A DNA stretch of 42,205 bases from a virus (taxonomy: Duplodnaviria > Caudoviricetes). A model generated the notes under the pieces. It saw nothing but the letters and a program-made list of their open reading frames with translations, was not told where the DNA came from and made no database searches. A program made the translations under genes and the position numbers. The first letter of the stretch is position 1. The number at the start of each line of letters is the position of its first letter. Location: the IMG/VR virus record IMGVR_UViG_3300049899_000797, positions 1-42,205 of that record; one strand, 5' to 3'. Of this stretch, positions 37,020 to 42,205 are shown in pieces.

Positions 37020-37237
37020 ACATCCTCTTTAGGAATTACTTGATACCCACCTTTGTTATAATTAAGTGCTATTGTAAATCCTTCTGGAATTTTTACTTCC
37101 TTTTTATCTTTTTTAATTCCTCCGCCTTTTCCTGCGCCTGCCATTATACGTTCTGCAAAGTTATCTGGTATGTCTTCGAGAGCAGACCGCCGAGTAGTTT
37201 GTAAGTACTCGGCAGTTTCTTTTATAATTGTATCCAT
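37016..37237 (-). CDS. small phage protein with a YNKGGYQVI motif
   Basis: ORF track; coupled to the downstream gene. Confidence 0.6.
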   Translation of the reverse strand: MDTIIKETAEYLQTTRRSALEDIPDNFAERIMAGAGKGGGIKKDKKEVKIPEGFTIALNYNKGGYQVIPKEDV

Positions 37238-37317
37238 TTGTTTTTTTTAAAAGAGCCTAAAAACTGGCAATGCGGTTATCGCCTAAGACTTCAACTCTCA
37301 TTAAGTCTTTTAATATA

Positions 37318-37539
37318 CTACTTATATTCTTTATACCATTGATCCCAATGCTTATGGTTGTTATCTAGTATTCGTCCTAGTCTTATAATGTTTCGCATAT
37401 GGATATCAAGAAATTTATTTTGGGCATAATCAAGCTCATGAGCCTTTTTATCACCAAGCCCTGATGCCATAATTTCATCAACTCGTTTACTGCGGTTTGT
37501 TTGTGCTTTTACGTATTGTGTATAATTTAAGTCTGCCAT
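37318..37539 (-). CDS. small hypothetical protein
   Basis: AAGGAG RBS. Confidence 0.65.
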   Translation of the reverse strand: MADLNYTQYVKAQTNRSKRVDEIMASGLGDKKAHELDYAQNKFLDIHMRNIIRLGRILDNNHKHWDQWYKEYK

Positions 37540-37548
37540 TGTGTCTCC

Positions 37549-37707
37549 TTATTTGGATTCAAATATAACTGTTCTGTACTTAACTCCGTCTAGTTCTATT
37601 ACCTCTTTACTCAACGTTGACATTGGTTGGTTTTCCTTAGTTGTTAACACTTTTTCTAAGTGTCTCAGTTGCTCACCTAACCTGTCTTTGTACACTTTCT
37701 TAGCCAT
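37549..37707 (-). CDS. small early protein (52 aa)
   Basis: Manual ORF MAKKVYKDRLGEQ...VIFESK with an AGGAG RBS, directly behind a sigma70 promoter. Confidence 0.65.
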   Translation of the reverse strand: MAKKVYKDRLGEQLRHLEKVLTTKENQPMSTLSKEVIELDGVKYRTVIFESK

Positions 37708-37725
37708 CTTATCTCCTAGTAAATG

Positions 37726-37778
37726 TTAACTAATTTAACCTATACATATATTATACTACCTAGAGCTCTAGAAGTCAA
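37726..37778 (-). promoter_or_regulatory. sigma70 early promoter cassette, copy 1
   Basis: TTGACT-N17-TATAAT. 38 bp are identical to 38904-38941. Confidence 0.85.
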
Positions 37779-37799
37779 CCTAAAAGACTAATTAATTTT

Positions 37800-37985
37800 T
37801 TATTTTCTTTTATTCTTTATTCTCTTCTGCTCTTCACGTTCTTCTTTATACGTTTGTGATTCCTTCTTCATATCATCTTTTAATATAATCCAAATAGATT
37901 TTGTGCCAAACATAAAGAGACCATAGAGAGTCTTGAAAAACTCACCCATCTTGTTTATTAAATTTTTAGATTGTTTCTTTTTCAT
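37800..37985 (-). CDS. small basic hypothetical protein
   Basis: ORF track. Confidence 0.5.
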   Translation of the reverse strand: MKKKQSKNLINKMGEFFKTLYGLFMFGTKSIWIILKDDMKKESQTYKEEREEQKRIKNKRK

Positions 37986-37998
37986 TACGAGCTGTATT

Positions 37999-38319
37999 TT
38001 ATTTTTTTTCTCTCCAGCCTATTTGTTTTAAATCTTTGGCTATATCAGGAGCGATAAGTCCTTCGTTACCTGAGCAATAATAATCGAGGTAATCTTCGTG
38101 ACTAACTCTGAGTTTTGCGACCAAATCCCCAGCATAACGCCAGCTACAAGACCAAGCATCACCTTTAGTCCTGCCGCCATGTACATCACTATCATGATAC
38201 CACTTAGTATTACATAAAGCATCGTAGAGTCTTGTAGCATATCTATCATCTTTCCTTACCTTATCTTTTATAGGTTGACAATCAATTAAATCACGTTCTA
38301 AATTGCATTCGTTTAACAT
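37999..38319 (-). CDS. phage hypothetical protein (WSCSWR.AG..YLDYYCSG.EG)
   Basis: ORF track; Trp/Tyr/Cys-rich motif. Confidence 0.65.
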   Translation of the reverse strand: MLNECNLERDLIDCQPIKDKVRKDDRYATRLYDALCNTKWYHDSDVHGGRTKGDAWSCSWRYAGDLVAKLRVSHEDYLDYYCSGNEGLIAPDIAKDLKQIGWREKK

Positions 38320-38322
38320 TCA

Positions 38323-38451
38323 TTATCCGGTTAGTATCAAAAGTTTTGCCCTTTTACGGAGGCCCTTACTAGACAACCGCTTTGCAATTTTGTTTCTTGG
38401 CTTGCTCCAACAAGTGGCAAACTTTCTTCCTAATTTATTTTCATTCATCAT
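38323..38451 (-). CDS. small basic peptide (42 aa)
   Basis: Manual ORF MMNENKLGRKFATCW...LILTG with a GGAG RBS. Confidence 0.45.
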   Translation of the reverse strand: MMNENKLGRKFATCWSKPRNKIAKRLSSKGLRKRAKLLILTG

Positions 38452-38624
38452 AATCTCCCATTAAAAAAAGGTACATAATTATCCATAAACACCCAAACAT
38501 CTGTGGGTAAATGAACCCAACGCATCAATCTAAACGCATGTGATTGTATAAATGTATTCCACGTCGGATCAATAAAAGTAAATCCCCAACATAATAAAAT
38601 TCCTAATAAAATATATCTTAACAT
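38448..38624 (-). CDS. small membrane protein (58 aa)
   Basis: Manual ORF MLRYILLGILLCWGF...FNGRL overlapping both neighbours. Confidence 0.5.
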   Translation of the reverse strand: MLRYILLGILLCWGFTFIDPTWNTFIQSHAFRLMRWVHLPTDVWVFMDNYVPFFNGRL

Positions 38625-38884
38625 GGTGGAAAATATTGTTCAGATTGTAACCCGTGTATCTGCCAACGTGACCAAACAATGTTTCCTAAGTCGGATTCGT
38701 CAACACCAATAAGTGCAAATGTTTTGTAAACTTGAGCTGGGCGAGGACCATCTATGGTCTCTAAGGAATGGGTTGCTCCACGTTCCTTCGCCCAGTCACT
38801 CGGTGCGCCAAAACTTGCGTAATGACGAAGGTTTACTTCTTTTTCAATGAAGCTAATGTGGTATTCTTGAAGTTGCTTTAGCAT
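38618..38884 (-). CDS. early hypothetical protein
   Basis: AGGAG RBS, behind promoter copy 2. Confidence 0.65.
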   Translation of the reverse strand: MLKQLQEYHISFIEKEVNLRHYASFGAPSDWAKERGATHSLETIDGPRPAQVYKTFALIGVDESDLGNIVWSRWQIHGLQSEQYFPPC

Positions 38885-38903
38885 GGAGTCTCCTATGAAA
38901 GGA

Positions 38904-38956
38904 TTAACTAATTTAACCTATACATATATTATACTACCTAGGGTAGTAAAAGTCAA
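38904..38956 (-). promoter_or_regulatory. sigma70 early promoter cassette, copy 2
   Basis: TTGACT-N17-TATAAT; shares the 38-bp repeat. Confidence 0.85.
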
Positions 38957-38963
38957 CCTTTTT

Positions 38964-39536
38964 TTATCTAAAAGGCTCACCTGTAGCCCAGGTGACTAAC
39001 GCATATCTAGTTCCTGTAAGTAATTGAGTGGCTTCGTGTAAAAGATACGAGGGGAAAAATGTGCCTGCGTTAAAGGTTTTGTCAATTTTAGTTGCCGGAC
39101 TACAATGTAAAATTATGTCACATCCTGTGTAACTATCGGGGTTAGACAATTGTACAATTAAAGATATTTTCCTATCAGATTGCCAACCACCTATATCAAG
39201 GTGGGGTTTGTAAAAACAACCTGCTTCATATTTTAAAATGGACACATCATGAATAGATGAAATGTGATAATGAAAGGACTTATCATTAATAGTTTTAAAT
39301 GCTCGCTCCAATGATTTATACAAATAATGTGAATCATTGTCCTCTTCTATCATAATATTTTTTGTGACTCGTATCGTTGGTCTTATGATAGCCCCACCTA
39401 CAAAAGCATCAGTCCATTTTTCTGTGTCTTTGAGATGATTAATGTATTCTAAACATCCCGCATCAAGAAAATTTTGTGTACAACATACTTCCGGTTGCTG
39501 TGTTCTTTGGAAAGAATCTGTATAAGATATTTTCAT
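38964..39536 (-). CDS. 2OG-Fe(II) oxygenase (prolyl-hydroxylase/PKHD-type)
   Basis: YKPHLD, RKISLIVQL, FPSYLLHE and GTRYALVTW motifs. Confidence 0.88.
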   Translation of the reverse strand: MKISYTDSFQRTQQPEVCCTQNFLDAGCLEYINHLKDTEKWTDAFVGGAIIRPTIRVTKNIMIEEDNDSHYLYKSLERAFKTINDKSFHYHISSIHDVSILKYEAGCFYKPHLDIGGWQSDRKISLIVQLSNPDSYTGCDIILHCSPATKIDKTFNAGTFFPSYLLHEATQLLTGTRYALVTWATGEPFR

Positions 39537-40174
39537 GGTGCTATCTTTGCGTTAACTGCTATAACATATCTATCTGATTTGCCATGATAAGGAATTGCTG
39601 AATGTTCTAAAAAGCCAGGGAATATTACTATTTCTCCATTCTTTGGTATAAAATCTACCATATCATTTTGAATCCAATTTAATCCTATATCATCTATAGG
39701 CATTGTAGTTTTAAATGGTTTATAAAATCTTATGCTACCATCTTTATATCCGCATTCTGTAACATCTAAAAAATAAATAGCAGAAAAAGAAGAATGAGTA
39801 TGATCATGTTTATCGTGGTATCCTCCAGTTTTTGTTATATGATACCAACTTTCGGTAATTTCACATCTTCCTCGTCGATACTTATGATATTTTAATCGAG
39901 CACATTTGGTTTTATATAAATCATATATTGCTGTTTCCAGAAAAACTTTTAAATCATTTATTATATTGTTATCTGCTTCTTCAAAAAACCTTAAAGTAGG
40001 AGCAGATTCTGCTAGGTTATATTTTATATGAGGAGATACGAGATCGGTTTCTTTTATTTTGTTTTGTTCATCATATTCTTTAATAAAAGTTATTAATTGA
40101 TCCTTATGTTTTTTGTGATCAGGATAGGGTGTATTTGCAAAAAAACAATCTGTAAAAATATCACTTATCATCAA
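39533..40174 (-). CDS. putative 2OG-Fe(II) oxygenase (TIGR02466-like)
   Basis: SW......GGYH..HDH, SAIYFL, P..GE.VIFP..LEH and RYVIAVN motifs. Confidence 0.8.
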   Translation of the reverse strand: MMISDIFTDCFFANTPYPDHKKHKDQLITFIKEYDEQNKIKETDLVSPHIKYNLAESAPTLRFFEEADNNIINDLKVFLETAIYDLYKTKCARLKYHKYRRGRCEITESWYHITKTGGYHDKHDHTHSSFSAIYFLDVTECGYKDGSIRFYKPFKTTMPIDDIGLNWIQNDMVDFIPKNGEIVIFPGFLEHSAIPYHGKSDRYVIAVNAKIAP

Positions 40175-40877
40175 ATTCTCGATACATTATATGTGAATCT
40201 TTTCTAAGATTCACTGCTTGAGAATAATATGCTTGTTGTGCTTGCATAACAGGATCATCCAATCTAAGTTCCATTGTTTTTTCTTCTCGTTCTACAGGAA
40301 TAATACAAACTAGCGGATCTCCTGCATTTAAGTTTATGTAACTAACTTCGTTAAGTGGCGCTGTTTGTTTTAAAAATAAAGGAAATATTAAATCATGATG
40401 GTAGTTTGTATTTAACGCACCAGGTATAACTTCATAATTTTTATCGTATTGAAACCATATCGGAGTTTGTATAATAGCGTATTCTTTTTGGGTTTTACAT
40501 TGCCAAGGACAATGTAATTTTAATATGCTATGAAAAAAATTATTTGGCATGGTCGGACGAACAGTAGCAACTTCTGGATAATGCCACGAGACAAATTCTC
40601 TAGTAACATTTGAATTAATAGTAACTTCTTGGTCTTCCCAACGCTCAGCAGGACTAATTGCAATTTGCATATCAAACCACATAGGAACAATATAACCATG
40701 TTTATATAAATCTTGAAACCCTGGACACCTAGCAGGTGGTGGATGTTTAATATATTCATGTTTATACTTTGCCGCCGGTTGTATAGGATATCTATCATAA
40801 ATGTATTTCCATTTAGAATCTATGTTAAAAATAACATCTTTTTCTTTTTGTCCAAAAGAAAATTTAAACTTAAACAT
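40161..40877 (-). CDS. conserved hypothetical protein (DUF6065-like)
   Basis: CPGF.D...GYIVPMW.D, K...PW and AGDPL motifs. Confidence 0.5.
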   Translation of the reverse strand: MFKFKFSFGQKEKDVIFNIDSKWKYIYDRYPIQPAAKYKHEYIKHPPPARCPGFQDLYKHGYIVPMWFDMQIAISPAERWEDQEVTINSNVTREFVSWHYPEVATVRPTMPNNFFHSILKLHCPWQCKTQKEYAIIQTPIWFQYDKNYEVIPGALNTNYHHDLIFPLFLKQTAPLNEVSYINLNAGDPLVCIIPVEREEKTMELRLDDPVMQAQQAYYSQAVNLRKDSHIMYREFDDK

Positions 40878-41661
40878 CTGTCATTCCTTGTTTTACATTC
40901 ATGCATTTAAACAATAATGTTGTCCGCAATCCTGGGAAAAATTTATTTGGTTGACTTCCCATTCTAGGTATTAATGAGCTAAAAAATAAAAATCTTCCTG
41001 GTTTAGGATATACAGATTTAATAATTTCTGGGTCTTCATCTTTTAAAGTATCAACGCCTTTATAAAATATAGTAGCTCCGTCCCATTCTGGTTTCCATAT
41101 AGGATTAACATAATATATTACATTCCATATATGACCGTCATCGTCATCTGAATGTGGTAATCCAAATCTACTTTCTGTAATGCCGTGTGCTTTACAATCA
41201 AGAATATCTAAATCCATATCAACAAAACTATCTGATATTTTAGTTCGAATTACTTTCCATAAATCATGTAAACTAAAATCATTTTGCTCCCAAGAATATA
41301 TTGCATCACCATTAAATGACATTTCCCAATATTGATCTAAAAATCTTACTCCATGTTCTTTTGTAGTTTCTTCGTTTTCTTTTTGATTATACTTCCATTC
41401 TTCGTATCTATGATTACCAATACAACCATATTGCCATCCTGGTGCAGTGATTATTTTTGATAATTCGGTTTGTAATTCATCTTCAATTTCATTATCAAAT
41501 AGGTATATATGTTCATACCATTGTTTTTTGGTTTTATCTTGTTCCCCTATATAAAGGTCTTTATTATCTACTGTCCATTTTTTTGGCATTGTTGTATAAT
41601 CTTTATTTTCTACTGTATATTCTGGTAATGTTTCTTGTAATATTTTCTTTTTTTCATCCAT
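40870..41661 (-). CDS. 2OG-Fe(II) oxygenase-like protein
   Basis: PHSD, YYVN..W..EWDG.T.FY, PKPGR and R.T. The distal His position is Arg. Confidence 0.7.
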   Translation of the reverse strand: MDEKKKILQETLPEYTVENKDYTTMPKKWTVDNKDLYIGEQDKTKKQWYEHIYLFDNEIEDELQTELSKIITAPGWQYGCIGNHRYEEWKYNQKENEETTKEHGVRFLDQYWEMSFNGDAIYSWEQNDFSLHDLWKVIRTKISDSFVDMDLDILDCKAHGITESRFGLPHSDDDDGHIWNVIYYVNPIWKPEWDGATIFYKGVDTLKDEDPEIIKSVYPKPGRFLFFSSLIPRMGSQPNKFFPGLRTTLLFKCMNVKQGMTDV

Positions 41662-41672
41662 TGGGTTTCCTT

Positions 41673-42205
41673 TCAAAGAACTTTATCTAGTTGTGGTTTA
41701 AAGTTTTTAAATATCATGTGTTCTTCAACACATTTAAAATCATCGTATAAACATTGCATCATTATATTGACTGTTCTAGCATGAATTGTATTTTCTATGC
41801 AAAATCGACATTTTAAGGTTTTGTCGGGTACAACAGGATATGCTTCCCATCCTAATTTATTATGTCTGTATGGCATTCGCATTTCTGGTGTCCATCCGTT
41901 AATACCAATAATCATAGGTGTATCTGTCATGCCACAAAATTGCATTAATCCGCCTTCAGGTCCAATGTAACAATGGGCTTTATCTAATATTGCTGTACAT
42001 TCATCTAATGTTGTTTTATGTATAAGATCTATACAGCCATCAAAGTTTAATTCTTCGTGAAAATGCGGTCCTATCGACATTGTCTTTTCACCTACTTGAA
42101 TATTAAAAAAATACTTTCCACCTAGTATTACTACTTCGTATCCTTTACTTTTACAGTAAGTTATAATGTCATTTATTGTATGTGCCGGTAATTGACAAAT
42201 AGATC
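41673..42205 (-). CDS. glycosyltransferase family 9 (heptosyltransferase-like), 5'-truncated
   Basis: Frame open to the window edge. VVILG, IDL..KTTL.E...IL..A..YIGPEGGLM.....TDTP and a Cys-rich tail. Confidence 0.7.
   Translation of the reverse strand, partial: SICQLPAHTINDIITYCKSKGYEVVILGGKYFFNIQVGEKTMSIGPHFHEELNFDGCIDLIHKTTLDECTAILDKAHCYIGPEGGLMQFCGMTDTPMIIGINGWTPEMRMPYRHNKLGWEAYPVVPDKTLKCRFCIENTIHARTVNIMMQCLYDDFKCVEEHMIFKNFKPQLDKVL

Noticed and set aside
37238-37317. Two hairpins (AAGACTT/AAGTCTT; GGCGAT/ATTGCC then TTTTT) and a short MRVEVLGDN ORF vaguely like a bS21 start
   Set aside because: It could be a terminator, but the stems are weak and the ORF stops after 14 codons. Support is insufficient.
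559-41690. Plus-strand ORFs and nested minus-strand alternative-frame ORFs in the track (e.g. 2155-2670, 20445-21161, 28964-29422, 1156-1485)
   Set aside because: They are shadows of well-supported minus-strand genes and show no recognisable motifs.
1-42205. Stop-codon reassignment
   Set aside because: Genes tile densely under code 11. TAG, TGA and TAA all end conserved genes at the expected lengths, and no suppressor tRNA was seen.

Overview
This AT-rich window has essentially all genes on the minus strand and uses the standard genetic code. It reads as part of a large T4-related (jumbo-type) myovirus, probably aquatic or marine (inference). From the left end it holds: (1) a replication block with a truncated TGT/DpdA-like transglycosylase missed by the ORF track, a probable sliding clamp, family B DNA polymerase and a DsbA-like protein, plus a half-size Na/Pi cotransporter; (2) a late-promoter-driven MotA/ExbB + MotB/ExbD-like + membrane protein triplet beside a BolA-like gene and an M15A peptidase; (3) a ~16 kb run (8.8-24.9 kb) of genes, most with an N-terminal M[KR]xxE[ILV]..[ILV]xE leader resembling T4 capsid-targeting/prohead-protease sequences, with cargo including two Pol-beta nucleotidyltransferases, an amidoligase, a PcfJ-like protein, a nuclease-like protein and a giant lytic transglycosylase; (4) a methyltransferase/radical SAM/kinase-like island; (5) clpA, def and the clamp loader; (6) tRNA-Tyr, tRNA-Trp and an unusual ~175 nt tRNA-shelled structured RNA; (7) small early genes behind near-consensus sigma70 promoters; (8) 2OG-Fe(II) oxygenases and a partial GT9. 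All calls come from reading motifs by eye. No database searches were run.
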